Source: Hyalangium minutum (GTDB lineage: Bacteria; Myxococcota; Myxococcia; Myxococcales; Myxococcaceae). From it: 248,000 nt of DNA. Positions 146,763 through 157,479 of the stretch are shown one piece after another. The notes beneath the pieces were generated by a model that saw nothing but the letters and a program-made list of their open reading frames with translations, ran no database searches and was not told the DNA's origin. Where the stretch lies: NCBI RefSeq assembly GCF_000737315.1, contig NZ_JMCB01000001.1, forward strand, positions 20,001-268,000, in the 5' to 3' direction. Position numbers and translations under genes: made by a program. Each line of letters starts with the position of its first letter. The stretch's first letter is position 1.

Positions 146763-146838
146763 GGGGGGGCCTTTGGTGTTGGGGGCGCTTCATAACACCT
146801 CTTGCAGGCCTCTTTCACCTGCCCCCTCCCCCACTCAT

Positions 146839-148128
146839 ATGACCACCATGAGCACAGCCCCCGCCAATTCCTCCGCAGATCTGATCCACGGAGGGACGAC
146901 TGATACGAAATACCAGACGCCGCAGCGGCGCCTGATGGAGCAGGCCTTCAACCGCGCATTGCAGGCAGGTAAGCGGCTGGTCGTGCGCATCGAGGCCCCC
147001 TGGTCTGACGAGTGCGTCACCTACGAGGAGAGCCTCCCCCAGCACGGCGCGCGGCTCAATGAGCTGCTGTCCAAGGTGGAGTCGCTGGTGCTCAACGAGG
147101 CCGACTTCGATCGCGCGCATGGAGTGGACTACCTGCCCTCGGAGATGCTGCACTTCCAGACCGTCTACTTCTGTGATCCGGCCACCCGCACCTGGGCCAT
147201 CGTCCCACACGTGACGAGCGCGCAGCTCTTCACCCAGTACCTCACCCTGTGGCTGGAGCGGCCCCAGTTCCCCCAGACGCTCCAGCAGCTGGCGCTCGAG
147301 GCCACCACGCCGGAGACGGCGGTGGGCATCCCCTTCAAGCACCTGGTGGAAACGGCCATCCAGACGGCCGGCTACAGCCTCAGCTTCGAGGAGACGCGGG
147401 CACTCGTGGAGAAGCTCCGGGAGAAGAAGGCGAAGCAGCCGGACCTCTTCCAAGGCATTGATCTCGACGCCCTGTACATGCGGGGAAGCCAGAACCAGAT
147501 CAGCGCGGGGCGCATCACCTACGAGGAGCTGTCCGCAAAGGATCCGCAGCTGGGCAAGCGCATGTTCGACTCGCTGGAGAACATGATCGAGGCGCGCCTG
147601 TACAACGTGATCGGCGTGCTGCTCCGCAAGCAAGGGCTGGAGGCAGCGGCGCGCCAGGTGCCCGCGCTGCTCGAGACGGTCCACAAGGACATGGCGGCCA
147701 AGGGGCTCACCCACGAGGGCGAGGTGGCGGACACCGGCATCGTCCGGGCGAAGAACGAGGCGGCCTTCAAGGTGCTCGAGGCCCGCGCGGGGTTGATCAC
147801 CCGCGAGCAGGCGGTGAAGTTCAACGAGCAGCTCATCGCGCAGAACGTGCCCTTCTACTTCCGCGAGTCGGTGCCCCACATCTTCGTGGCGCTCGGGGAC
147901 TACGCGACGGCCGCCTCCCTCATTGAGGCGACCCTGCCAGAGTGGGGCATGTTCTACGACGGCCTCATCGCGCACATGCGCTCGCAGACGAAGTCCAAGG
148001 ACAGCAAGGACGAGAAGATGGTGCAGATGTTCGGCAACAAGCTGGCCATCTTCGAGAAGCTGAAGGTCCGCGTGATCAACGCGCGCAGGGCCCGGGCCGA
148101 GAGCCTGAGGAAGCTCGCCTCCTCCTGA
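146839..148128 (+). CDS. hypothetical protein in the PKS cluster
   Basis: long ORF with coding bias; no motif recognised. Confidence 0.6.
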   Translation: MTTMSTAPANSSADLIHGGTTDTKYQTPQRRLMEQAFNRALQAGKRLVVRIEAPWSDECVTYEESLPQHGARLNELLSKVESLVLNEADFDRAHGVDYLPSEMLHFQTVYFCDPATRTWAIVPHVTSAQLFTQYLTLWLERPQFPQTLQQLALEATTPETAVGIPFKHLVETAIQTAGYSLSFEETRALVEKLREKKAKQPDLFQGIDLDALYMRGSQNQISAGRITYEELSAKDPQLGKRMFDSLENMIEARLYNVIGVLLRKQGLEAAARQVPALLETVHKDMAAKGLTHEGEVADTGIVRAKNEAAFKVLEARAGLITREQAVKFNEQLIAQNVPFYFRESVPHIFVALGDYATAASLIEATLPEWGMFYDGLIAHMRSQTKSKDSKDEKMVQMFGNKLAIFEKLKVRVINARRARAESLRKLASS

Positions 148129-148212
148129 GCCGCCGGAGTCGAGAGGGCCCCTGACGTTGGGGGCCCTCTGCAGGGAAGGCTCCCAGGCCCGGGAAGACGG
148201 GTGGCCGGGGCC

Positions 148213-151200
148213 TCAGCGGCCGCGCAGGGCCTCCTTCACGTGCTCCGCCATCGTGAGCGCGAAGGGGCGCCGCGGCAGGCTGAAGTGGTTGGCTCCCGGC
148301 ACATCCCTCGTCACCACCTCTCCCTTGAGGTAGGAGCGCCATCCCAGGATGTCGTCGCCGTAGTTATCGGTGAGCATTGTGGGCACCGTGGAGCGCACGA
148401 AGAGGACCCGCCCATCGTAGGGCTGGGCTTGGTAGCGCTCCCACACCGCCACGTGGTGCCGTACCAGCTTCTTGAGGTTCTCCATCTCTGGCTGCCGCGT
148501 GCTGAGCAGGGGCGACTGCTCATCCAGGATCTGCCCCAGCACGGAGTTGCGCTTGGCGAAGGCCAGCAGGCGCCGCTCCATCCAGTCAGAGAAGCCCGAC
148601 GCCTTCTCGCCCCGCTTCGCCCGCTCCGCGCGCCGTGAGGCGAGCCGCACGAACATGTCGTCCATCGCATACGGGGCGAAGCCGCCCCAGATCTCGATGA
148701 AGCTGCGGATCTTGCGGTACATCAGCCGCAAGGGGCTGTGGCCGCTCCAGCGATCATTGGCGAAGGGGGCATCCAGCAGCGCCAGCAGCTCCACCTTCTG
148801 CGAGGCGGCGCGAAGCTGCTGCGCCATCTCGAAGGCCACCATGCCGCCGAAGCAGTAGCCGCCCAGGTAATACGGCCCCTCGGGCTGGACGGTGCGAATG
148901 GCCTGGACGTAGCTCGCCGCCATATCGCGCACGTCCGCTTGGGTCTTGCTCAGATCGGTGATGGCGGGATCCTGGATCGCGTAGACGGGCCGCTCCTTGC
149001 CCACCTGCTGCGCGAAGTCGACCAGGGCAAACGCCACTCCACCCGCGCCGTGCACGCAGAAGAAGGGCGAGCCATTGCCCGCCTTCTGGATGGGGACGAG
149101 CGCGCTGGCGGAGGCTCCCGCGGGGACGATGTCCGCCCGCGCGCTCACGAGCAGAGCCAGCGTGGCCGCCGTGGGAGCCTCGAAGAAGCCCATCAGCGGG
149201 AAAGTACAGCCGAAGGTGTCCTGGACCTCTTTGATCAAGGTGATGGCGGACAGAGAGTTGCCACCCAGCTCGAAGTAGTTGTCCCCCACACCCACCGGGC
149301 GAAGGCTCAGCTGGGCCTCCAACATCTGGACGATCTTCCGCTCCACGTCATTGCGCGGGGCCACGTACGGCTCGGCCATCTCGGGGCGCACGGCCTCGGG
149401 CGGAGGCAGGGCCTTGCGGTCGAGCTTGCCGTTGGGCGTCAGTGGCAGCGTGTCGAGCACGATGAAGTGGGAGGGGACCATGTGCGCCGGCAGCCTCGCG
149501 CCCACCCACTCCCTCAACATGGAGGGCAGCTTGCCTGTGGAGAGGGCCCGCTTGGGGAAGCGGCAGTACTGCTCGGGCGCACCCAGCGTCCCGTATCGGT
149601 CCGGACGGAAGGAGGACGGAACCTGGCCCGCCTTCTCCCGGTAGAACTGCGCGTCGAAGCCACCGGGCGCATCGCCCACAGACCAGCAGATCGCCACACG
149701 CCACCCGTGACGGGCGGCCAGCTCGCGCACCGCCTCCGGGTGCAGCCCCGGCTGGCCCTGGGCCTCCTGGGGCAGGCGCGCATTGGGAATCCCGCGCACG
149801 AGGAAGGCGGGCTCGGAGGACTCCTTCGCCAGCTTCTCCAGCGCGGCCATGTCCACGGGCTGGGTGGCCCAGTCGCGCACCGGCTGCTGCGCGAGGAAGG
149901 CGGGCTGGGACTGAACCTGGAGGAAGGCGTCGTAGCGGAAGCGGGTGAACTCGTTCTCGCTGCGGCCCTCGCGCAGCTCCACGCGCACGCGATCCACCTG
150001 CGGGAACGTCCCCGCCAGAGCGTGGAAGAACTCGGGGCTGATCACCAGCTCCTTCTCGTTGAGCAGCGCCACCTCCAGCCTGCGCGCCAGCTCCTCCTGG
150101 GAGAACGGCTTGGCGGCGCGGTGCCGCAGGATGTCCGCGTGGAACACCTCCTGGAGGTGCGCGTTGCGGATGTCGCCCATGAAGAGCACGCCGCCGGGAG
150201 CCAGCAAGTCCAGCGCCTGGCGAATGACGGACAGGAAGTACTCGGCGTCCGGGAAGTACTGCACCACCGAGTTGAGGATCACGAGGTCATACTCGTGGCT
150301 CCCCAGGCCGGACAGCTGGTTGGCCTCGCGCTGGAGCACGCGGGCGTTGCTCAGCCCCTCCTTCTCAAAGCGGGCCTGCAGGTGATCCACGGCGCTCTGA
150401 GAGAAGTCCAAGCCGGTGTACTGCTCACAGCGCTTGCTGAGCGGCAACGCCAGGAGTCCCAGGCCGCTGCCGATCTCCAGGACGCGGCGCGGGGAGAGCG
150501 CGAACAGCCGCTGGAGCGTGGTATCGGCCCACTCCCGCATCTCCGCTTCCGGCACCAACTGGCCCGTGTAGCTGCTGCGGTAGCCGGCGAACGGGTTGTC
150601 GCGGCTCTCGATGACGGCCTGCCGGCCGCCGCCCTCGTGCAGGTAGGCCTCGTTGAACAACCCCTGCCAGTCTGTGGACTCCGCGCGGCCCACCACCTCC
150701 GCGGGCACCACGTAGCAGATCAGCCGCGAATCCTGGTTCGCGTCCTCGTCCTTGATGACCACGGCTTCGGAGACGGCCGGGTGCTGGCGCAGCGTGTTCT
150801 CGATCTCGCCAGGCTCGATGCGGTAGCCGCGGATCTTCACCTGGTGATCCACGCGCCCCAGGTACTCGAGGTTGCCGTCCGCGTGCATGCGGACGCGATC
150901 CCCGGTCCGGTACCAGCCCTGCACGAACTTCTCCTGGTTGAGCTCCGGCCGGTTGAGGTAGCCACGGGCCACCCCCACCCCACCGATCCACAGCTCCCCC
151001 ACCTCGCCAGCCGGCACGGGCTGGCCCGACTCATCGGCGACCTTCAGCTCGGTGTTGTCGATCGGCTTGCCAATCAGCATCGCCTCAGAGTGGAGATCCA
151101 CCAGCCACCCGGTGGAGTAGATGGTGGTCTCGGTGGGGCCGTACCAGTTCCAAACGCGCTTGCCGCGGGACAGCAGCTGCTCGGCCAGCTCGCGAGAGAG

Positions 151201-152094
151201 AGGCTCGCCGCCAGTGCAGATGGTGAGGTTGGAGCGGCTCTTCCACCCGAGCTTGAGCAGCATCTTCCAGCCCGAGGCCGTGGACTGCGCGTAGGTGGCC
151301 GAGCTGCGCTCCAGGAGCGCGGCGAACCGCTCCCCATCCTTGAGCTCGTTGCGATCGGCCACCCACGTGGTGCCGCCCACCAGCAGCGCCAGGTGCAGCT
151401 CCGCCGCCGCGATGTCGAAGCAGATCGACGCGGTGGCCAGATAGGTATCCGTGGGCCCCATGCCCGTCAGCCGGTGGACGGAGAGCAGCAGGTTGGTGAG
151501 GGAGCGGTGCTCGATCTGCGCCCCCTTGGGCCTGCCCGTGGAGCCCGACGTGTAGAGCACGTAGGCGCGATCCGTGGGCCGCGGGCCGTCCTGCCGGGAC
151601 ACGGGCGGCGCCGCGGCGATGGCGGCGGCATCCCGATCGACGCAGATGGCCTCCGTGCCATCTCCGAGCAGCTCGCCCAGCAGCGCCTCCTCGGTGATGA
151701 CCAGCCGGATCCCCGCGTCCTTCCAGATGTAGCGCAGGTGCTCCGGCGGGTAGTCCGGATCCATGGGCACGTACGAGCCCCCGGACAGCATCACGCCCAG
151801 GGTGGCGGCCACCATGTCGTTGGAGCGGCGCAGCAGGATGCCCACGGGCGTCTCGCGAGTGACGCCACGGGACCGGAGGTAGCCCGCCAGCCGGCAGACC
151901 CGCTCCCTCAGCTCCGCATACGTCCACGCGCGCGACCCGTCCCGGAGAGCGCAGTCCTGGGGCGTCCGCTCCGCCTGCTCACAGAACAGATCACACGCCG
152001 TCCGCTGAAGACGGGAGTGCTCCTCCGGCCCAAATGCCGACTGCGCGGCCACCACCGACGAGCTCACCTGCCGAGCAACACTGGTTCCCTGCAT
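148213..152094 (-). CDS. stand-alone NRPS-like enzyme: A domain interrupted by MT, T, TE(Cys)
   Basis: YTSGSTGRPKG; EIGSGLG MT inserted after A8; LTPNGKLDR; LGGNSL; GGYCFGG. Confidence 0.88.
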   Translation of the reverse strand: MQGTSVARQVSSSVVAAQSAFGPEEHSRLQRTACDLFCEQAERTPQDCALRDGSRAWTYAELRERVCRLAGYLRSRGVTRETPVGILLRRSNDMVAATLGVMLSGGSYVPMDPDYPPEHLRYIWKDAGIRLVITEEALLGELLGDGTEAICVDRDAAAIAAAPPVSRQDGPRPTDRAYVLYTSGSTGRPKGAQIEHRSLTNLLLSVHRLTGMGPTDTYLATASICFDIAAAELHLALLVGGTTWVADRNELKDGERFAALLERSSATYAQSTASGWKMLLKLGWKSRSNLTICTGGEPLSRELAEQLLSRGKRVWNWYGPTETTIYSTGWLVDLHSEAMLIGKPIDNTELKVADESGQPVPAGEVGELWIGGVGVARGYLNRPELNQEKFVQGWYRTGDRVRMHADGNLEYLGRVDHQVKIRGYRIEPGEIENTLRQHPAVSEAVVIKDEDANQDSRLICYVVPAEVVGRAESTDWQGLFNEAYLHEGGGRQAVIESRDNPFAGYRSSYTGQLVPEAEMREWADTTLQRLFALSPRRVLEIGSGLGLLALPLSKRCEQYTGLDFSQSAVDHLQARFEKEGLSNARVLQREANQLSGLGSHEYDLVILNSVVQYFPDAEYFLSVIRQALDLLAPGGVLFMGDIRNAHLQEVFHADILRHRAAKPFSQEELARRLEVALLNEKELVISPEFFHALAGTFPQVDRVRVELREGRSENEFTRFRYDAFLQVQSQPAFLAQQPVRDWATQPVDMAALEKLAKESSEPAFLVRGIPNARLPQEAQGQPGLHPEAVRELAARHGWRVAICWSVGDAPGGFDAQFYREKAGQVPSSFRPDRYGTLGAPEQYCRFPKRALSTGKLPSMLREWVGARLPAHMVPSHFIVLDTLPLTPNGKLDRKALPPPEAVRPEMAEPYVAPRNDVERKIVQMLEAQLSLRPVGVGDNYFELGGNSLSAITLIKEVQDTFGCTFPLMGFFEAPTAATLALLVSARADIVPAGASASALVPIQKAGNGSPFFCVHGAGGVAFALVDFAQQVGKERPVYAIQDPAITDLSKTQADVRDMAASYVQAIRTVQPEGPYYLGGYCFGGMVAFEMAQQLRAASQKVELLALLDAPFANDRWSGHSPLRLMYRKIRSFIEIWGGFAPYAMDDMFVRLASRRAERAKRGEKASGFSDWMERRLLAFAKRNSVLGQILDEQSPLLSTRQPEMENLKKLVRHHVAVWERYQAQPYDGRVLFVRSTVPTMLTDNYGDDILGWRSYLKGEVVTRDVPGANHFSLPRRPFALTMAEHVKEALRGR

Positions 152095-152148
152095 GACAGA
152101 CCTGATCCCTTTGAAATGAAGTCGATGGGGCAGAAGCAGCGGCTGGGC

Positions 152149-152598
152149 TCAGCCCGCCGCGCGAGCGGCACCCTCGGCCCGAGCCTTGAGCGCCTGGTTC
152201 ATCGCCTCGAAGCTCTTGCGGGCGCCCTCTTGAACCTGCGCGCCCATGAGCGCCGAGAGCGGGCCGGTGAAGATCTCACGGTTGACGAACACCGCCTCAC
152301 GGGCGCCCTTCGGCTCCACCGTGCAGCTGTGCCGGCTGACCAGCAACCAGCCATTCAACACCTTACTCTCCCACTCCAGCTCGCGGCCCGGCGTCACCTG
152401 GACGATCTTCGGCCGAAAGCTCCGCACCGTCCGGGGATCCATCTGCACGGTGATCTCCAACGGCTTGCCCACCACCATCTCTCCCTGGGCCTGGCGCAGG
152501 AAAGGGTTCCACTCGGCGAACGCCTTGAAATCCGTCAGGATGCTCCAGACCTGCTCGGCCGGTGCCTGGATATGGATCTCGGTGCGAATCTCTTTCAC
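152149..152598 (-). CDS. SRPBCC/START domain protein
   Basis: IQAPAEQVWSILTDF..EWNP. Confidence 0.8.
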   Translation of the reverse strand: MKEIRTEIHIQAPAEQVWSILTDFKAFAEWNPFLRQAQGEMVVGKPLEITVQMDPRTVRSFRPKIVQVTPGRELEWESKVLNGWLLVSRHSCTVEPKGAREAVFVNREIFTGPLSALMGAQVQEGARKSFEAMNQALKARAEGAARAAG

Positions 152599-152775
152599 GA
152601 GGAACTCCTAAAGAGGGGCAGTTCGAACCAACGGCCCGTCATATATCCCGTCCCCCTGGACTCATGCAAACCTGGAAAGGCTCGCATCTCCGGAGAGCCT
152701 CTCGCCGTGGTTTGCGCGCCCGTGATAGCGTGTTGATCAGTCCCCAAGAGGGGACAACCTTTTCACGGAGAAACA

Positions 152776-154098
152776 ATGTCGGACGAAGGTGAGATCCCCC
152801 GCGGCAAGATGCGTCGGCTCGGGCGCATGCTGACGCTTCCAGGACGTGCAGGCACGCAGCTGGTCTCGGCAGGCCTGCAGAAAGTGCTCGGCAAAGCAGT
152901 GGACCCGGGCCGCGCCGCCGCCTCGCGAGTGATGGAAGTGCTTGGGGAGATGAAGGGCATCCCCGTCAAGGCCGGCCAGCTGATGACCCTCTTTGGCGAC
153001 AACCTGCCCGAGGAGGCCCGCAAGACGCTGGGCCAGCTGTTCGCCAAGACCCCCACGCTGCCTTTTCCGCAGGTGCGCCACGCCCTGGAGACCGAGCTGG
153101 GCAAGTCCCTGAGCGAGGTCTTCGAATCCTTCGAAGAGACGCCCTGCGCTGGTGCCTCGCTCGGCCAGGTGCACCGCGCCCGGCTGCACTCCGGCGAGAA
153201 GGTGGCCGTCAAGGTCCAATACCCCGGCATCGCTGGCGCCATGCAGGAGGATCTCGAGCTGATCCGGCCCATCGTGAAGACCCTGGGCATGGCCGGCAGC
153301 CTCCTCGACACGAAAGAATACTACGAGGAGATGAAGCGCGATCTGGCCGACGAGCTCAACTACAAGCAGGAGCTGGCCAGCCTCGAGCAGTTCCGCACCT
153401 ACCTGTCCCACTGGCCTGAGCTGGTGGTGCCGCGCAGCTTCCCCGAGTTCAGCACCAGCCGGGTGCTGGTGCTCGAGTGGCTCGAGGGGCCCACCCTGCA
153501 CTCCTGGCTGGAGTCGCCTCACCCCGAGAGCGAGCGCCTCGCCCTGGCCGAGAAGCTGGTGCGCGCCGTCTACGGCCCCTTCCTGCTCCACCGCGTGGTG
153601 CACGGCGACACCCACCCCGGCAACTTCCTGGTGCTGGAGGGCGGCAAGCTGGGCGTGCTCGACTTCGGCGCCATCAAGCCCCTCTCCGAGCCCTTCTGGC
153701 ATGCCGTGGTCTCCGTCATGCAGGGCATGCTGGAGAATCGCAAGGTGGACATCGTCCCCCTGGTGCGGCAGGCCGGCTTCCGCCTCGACATGCCCGAGGA
153801 GCGCGCGCGCACCCTCGTCGAGCGCATCCACGAGCTCATCTCCAGCCCCTTCAAGGGGCCCTATGACTTCGGCAGTGATCAGCTCATCGCCGGCTTCACG
153901 GAGCTCAAGAAGAAGTACCCGCTGGATCTGCTCCGCGTCAGGCCTCCGGCGGAGGGGCTGCTCTTCTACCGGGCCATTGGCGGGCTGAGCCAGAACCTGC
154001 GCCGCCTCCAGATCAAGGGCGACTTCCGCCCCTTCTTCCGCGAGGCGCTCGCCGCTCCCCACCACGTCGAACTGGCACGCGCGCGCCGCTTGGGCTGA
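152776..154098 (+). CDS. ABC1/UbiB/Coq8-family atypical kinase
   Basis: GASLGQVHRA..VAVKVQYPG; HGDTHPGN; LDFG. Confidence 0.88.
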   Translation: MSDEGEIPRGKMRRLGRMLTLPGRAGTQLVSAGLQKVLGKAVDPGRAAASRVMEVLGEMKGIPVKAGQLMTLFGDNLPEEARKTLGQLFAKTPTLPFPQVRHALETELGKSLSEVFESFEETPCAGASLGQVHRARLHSGEKVAVKVQYPGIAGAMQEDLELIRPIVKTLGMAGSLLDTKEYYEEMKRDLADELNYKQELASLEQFRTYLSHWPELVVPRSFPEFSTSRVLVLEWLEGPTLHSWLESPHPESERLALAEKLVRAVYGPFLLHRVVHGDTHPGNFLVLEGGKLGVLDFGAIKPLSEPFWHAVVSVMQGMLENRKVDIVPLVRQAGFRLDMPEERARTLVERIHELISSPFKGPYDFGSDQLIAGFTELKKKYPLDLLRVRPPAEGLLFYRAIGGLSQNLRRLQIKGDFRPFFREALAAPHHVELARARRLG

Positions 154099-154168
154099 GC
154101 GGAGGACGGTGGGGACGGGCCCCTGACGCCAGGGCCTGAGGGATTGGAGCCACTGACGCCCGGTGGCT

Positions 154169-154780
154169 TCAGTCCTCCACCAGCGGAACGATCCCGAACT
154201 GCTGCCGGAGCTTTTTCAGATCCTCCCCCAGCATGTTCTCCAAGGGCTGCTCGATCAGGCAGACCGCCTTCCTGCCCTGCTCAAGCCCCCACTCCTCGGC
154301 GTGACGCAGCCGAGCTCTGCGGCTGGGGTTGACGACCGCGTAGGCTCTCCTGGCGAAGCGGTACACCCGGCTGCCGGTCTCGGAATATCCCTGCGAATGA
154401 TAGAAGGCATAGGTCCCGAGCTCTCCGACCGTCGTCGCGTCGCACCCCAGGAGGGTATGGAACATGTCGTGCGTTCTCGTCACCCGGGTGGAGAGAGGGA
154501 ACCGGGCGTAGAGCCCGGCCAGTTGAGGCGTCAGATTGACGGTCCCGAGGTTGTAGCGCCGCATGAAGTCGGAATACGCGCGGCCAAAAGTCCCCTTCGG
154601 CATGGCCGCCAATTCGGCCATGTCCACGCGTTTCAAATTGAGATCCATGAAGCCTTTGACCCTCTCACGGATGACGGGGTTCTCATGAGGCTCGGACGCC
154701 ACAGCCTTGAGCACGGCGACATCTCCCATGCGCTTCTCGTGCAGTGCCAAGATCATCGCCGCGAGGACATCCACCTTCAT
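154169..154780 (-). CDS. Coq4-like protein
   Basis: MPKGTFGRAY..F; HDMFHTLLG..GE (HDxxH-x10-E). Confidence 0.75.
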   Translation of the reverse strand: MKVDVLAAMILALHEKRMGDVAVLKAVASEPHENPVIRERVKGFMDLNLKRVDMAELAAMPKGTFGRAYSDFMRRYNLGTVNLTPQLAGLYARFPLSTRVTRTHDMFHTLLGCDATTVGELGTYAFYHSQGYSETGSRVYRFARRAYAVVNPSRRARLRHAEEWGLEQGRKAVCLIEQPLENMLGEDLKKLRQQFGIVPLVED

Positions 154781-155694
154781 CTGGGCTCTCCTGTGCTCAC
154801 TTTCACCCTCTCCATCGCCGAGGGTGACATGCTCACTCCCGTCACACGCTCCGAGTACTCCCAGAGCTTGCGCGCTGTCTCGACATCGTACGAGCTCTTG
154901 CTCGAGCGCTCTTCCTGGCACTTGCGCCAGATCCCGCCAAAGTACTTGCCGCTCACGCCCTCCAGCTCCGGGGCTGACGCGGCCCAGACCTGCGTCACCG
155001 CGCCTTCCTCGGGCGTCAGAAACCCGAGCGACCTGACCGCCATGAGCATCGCCACGGCCGGCAGCAGGAAGACCGCGCCGGAGTTGGCGTTGATGCTGGT
155101 GGCGGCCGCCCCGGGATGGACGCAGTTGGCCGTCACGCCAGTTCCCTCCAGCCGCCGTGCCAGCTCGTAGGTGAACAGGACGTTGCACAGCTTGGAATGG
155201 GCGTACGACTTGAGCATGCTGTAGCCGCGCTCAAGCTGGAGATTGTCGAAGTCCAGGGCGTACTGCCCGTGCTTATAGGACGAGACGTTGACGATGCGGG
155301 AAGGAGCCCCCGCCCGGAGCGCCTCCAGCAATTGGAGCGTCAGGGCGAAGTGGCCCAGGTGGTTCACGCCCAACACCATCTCGAACCCGTCCACCGTCGT
155401 CCGCCGCTCGGGCAGCGCCAGGCCAGCGTTGTTGACCAGCGCATGGAGCCGGTCATACCGCGCGCTGAACTGCTCGACGAAGGAGCGGATGGAGGCCAGC
155501 GAGGCGAGATCGCAGAGCATCAGCTCCACCTCCCTGTTTCCAGAGCGGCCCCGCACCTCGTCCCGCGCGGCCTCACCTCGGGCCTTGTCACGGCACACCA
155601 TCACCACCCGGGCCCCTTGCCGCGCCAACGCCAACGCCGTCGCGCGCCCCAGCCCCGCATTGGCCCCCGTGATCAAACAAATCTTGTCTTGCAT
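154777..155694 (-). CDS. retinol-dehydrogenase-like SDR
   Basis: TGANAGLG, NNAG, YAHSK. Confidence 0.88.
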   Translation of the reverse strand: MQDKICLITGANAGLGRATALALARQGARVVMVCRDKARGEAARDEVRGRSGNREVELMLCDLASLASIRSFVEQFSARYDRLHALVNNAGLALPERRTTVDGFEMVLGVNHLGHFALTLQLLEALRAGAPSRIVNVSSYKHGQYALDFDNLQLERGYSMLKSYAHSKLCNVLFTYELARRLEGTGVTANCVHPGAAATSINANSGAVFLLPAVAMLMAVRSLGFLTPEEGAVTQVWAASAPELEGVSGKYFGGIWRKCQEERSSKSSYDVETARKLWEYSERVTGVSMSPSAMERVKVSTGEPR

Positions 155695-155713
155695 CCCAGC
155701 CCCCACAAACGGC

Positions 155714-156373
155714 CTACCGGAAGAGGCTCGCGATCGCCGCTGGCAGCCCCGTGGGGCTCGCCCGGAAGTAGATGTCCAGGTGATCGTCATCCGTCCGGAC
155801 GGCCCGCAGCCCCACAACGGGGTTGATCGTCGCCAGGAAGCGGCGGATGCCCGGGTTGTTGGCAAAGTCAGGGCTCTTCAACAAGTCGAAGCACACCCGA
155901 TCATCTTGGGCCTCGACCAGGGTGGGGGGGCGCTCGGGCAGGTGCACCAGCAGGTTGGCCGGCTTGGTGAAGTCGAGCTCCCCCGACTTGATCTTCGCGA
156001 TGACCGGAGAGGTGCCGTCACCCTCGTCGAGGATCTCGGCCTTCATCTCCGAGACACGGAACTCCAAGCGCACCTCGTCCTTGTTGATGCGCAGATCATC
156101 CAGCGCGACCACGAGCGAAGCGCGGAGCAGCGAGGAGCCCAGGGCATCGAGTGTCGTGGTGAGCTTCAATCCCGGGGGCGCGGGCGAGATGATGACGTCC
156201 TTCTTGTGCCCCTGCCCCGAGACGAACGTACGGGCCAGGTAGCGCGGCACGGCCAGGGGGATGCCCAGCCGCAGCTTCATCATCCCTCGGATGGCCCGGG
156301 GAACCTCTTCTGGGTGCTCCTTGAGATACTCCTTCACCGCGAGGAAGAGCGTTTTGGCGTTCGGCTTGCTCAT
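155714..156373 (-). CDS. hypothetical protein
   Basis: in operon between two SDR genes. Confidence 0.6.
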   Translation of the reverse strand: MSKPNAKTLFLAVKEYLKEHPEEVPRAIRGMMKLRLGIPLAVPRYLARTFVSGQGHKKDVIISPAPPGLKLTTTLDALGSSLLRASLVVALDDLRINKDEVRLEFRVSEMKAEILDEGDGTSPVIAKIKSGELDFTKPANLLVHLPERPPTLVEAQDDRVCFDLLKSPDFANNPGIRRFLATINPVVGLRAVRTDDDHLDIYFRASPTGLPAAIASLFR

Positions 156374-156440
156374 GGCTTGTGGCGACTTCCCTTCAGGCAA
156401 TGGGTGACGGTGCGGAGCCCAGGCCCCGGCCTCGGCGGGC

Positions 156441-157313
156441 TCAGGGCAGGGACACGCCGGTGAGCTGTTCGGACTCCTGCCATAGCTTGAGCGCCAGCGC
156501 CTCATCGTACGTAGCGGGGCTGGAGCGCTCCTCCTGGCATTTGCGGAAGACGCCTCCAAAGTACTTCCCGCTCACCCCGTCGAGCTCCGGCGCGCTCGCG
156601 GCCCAGATCTGGGTGTGGGCGCCCCACTCGGGGGTGGCCAGGCCGAACGCCCGCAGCGTCAGGGCCAGCCCAATGAAGGGGAGCATGGCAATGGAGCCGG
156701 AGTTGCTCCCCATGCTGGTCGCGGCCCCTCCCGGGTGCACACAGTTGGTGGTCACCTTCGTGCCACGCAGGCGGCGCGCAAGCTCGTAGGTGAAGAGCAC
156801 ATTGCACAGCTTCGACCGGGAGTACGCCTTCATCATGCCGTAGCCGCGCTCCAGCTGGAGATCATTGAAGTCCAGCGGGTACTGGCCGTGCTTGAAGGAA
156901 GAGACGTTGACGATGCGGGAGGGCTGGCCGGCCTTGAGCGCGTCCAGCAGCAGCAGCGTCAGCGCGAAGTGGCCCAGGTGGTTGACCCCGAAGACCATCT
157001 CGAAGCCGTCCCCCGTCTGGGCCCGCTTGGGGAGCGTGACGCCGGCATTGTTCACGAGGACATGCAGCTGGGAGTACTTCGCCTTGAACTGCTCGACGAA
157101 GGAGCGAATCGAGGCGAGCGAAGCCAGATCGCAGAGCATCAGCTCCACCGCGTCGTTGCCCGTCCGGCCCCGGATCTCGTCCCGGGCTGCCGCTCCCCGC
157201 TCGCGGTCGCGGCTCATCACCACCACCGTGGCGCCCTTCGCCGCGAGCGCCATCGCCGTGGCCCGCCCCAATCCGGCGTTCGCCCCGGTGACAATACACA
157301 CTTTGCCTTCCAT
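156441..157313 (-). CDS. retinol-dehydrogenase-like SDR (paralogue of 154777)
   Basis: TGANAGLG, YSRSK; closely similar sequence. Confidence 0.88.
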   Translation of the reverse strand: MEGKVCIVTGANAGLGRATAMALAAKGATVVVMSRDRERGAAARDEIRGRTGNDAVELMLCDLASLASIRSFVEQFKAKYSQLHVLVNNAGVTLPKRAQTGDGFEMVFGVNHLGHFALTLLLLDALKAGQPSRIVNVSSFKHGQYPLDFNDLQLERGYGMMKAYSRSKLCNVLFTYELARRLRGTKVTTNCVHPGGAATSMGSNSGSIAMLPFIGLALTLRAFGLATPEWGAHTQIWAASAPELDGVSGKYFGGVFRKCQEERSSPATYDEALALKLWQESEQLTGVSLP

Positions 157314-157479
157314 GATTCTGGAGTCCTAGGAGTCTGGTAGGGGGTCAGGCGTCCAAGGAGACCAGCCGATCTGGTGCATTGCGCGTCTGTGCGCGTCCCC
157401 GGCACCACCTTGGGCTCGGGGGAGGCCAGATCGATGATCCAGTCGCCTCCCCCTCGCTACTGAATCCGGAACACAATGA

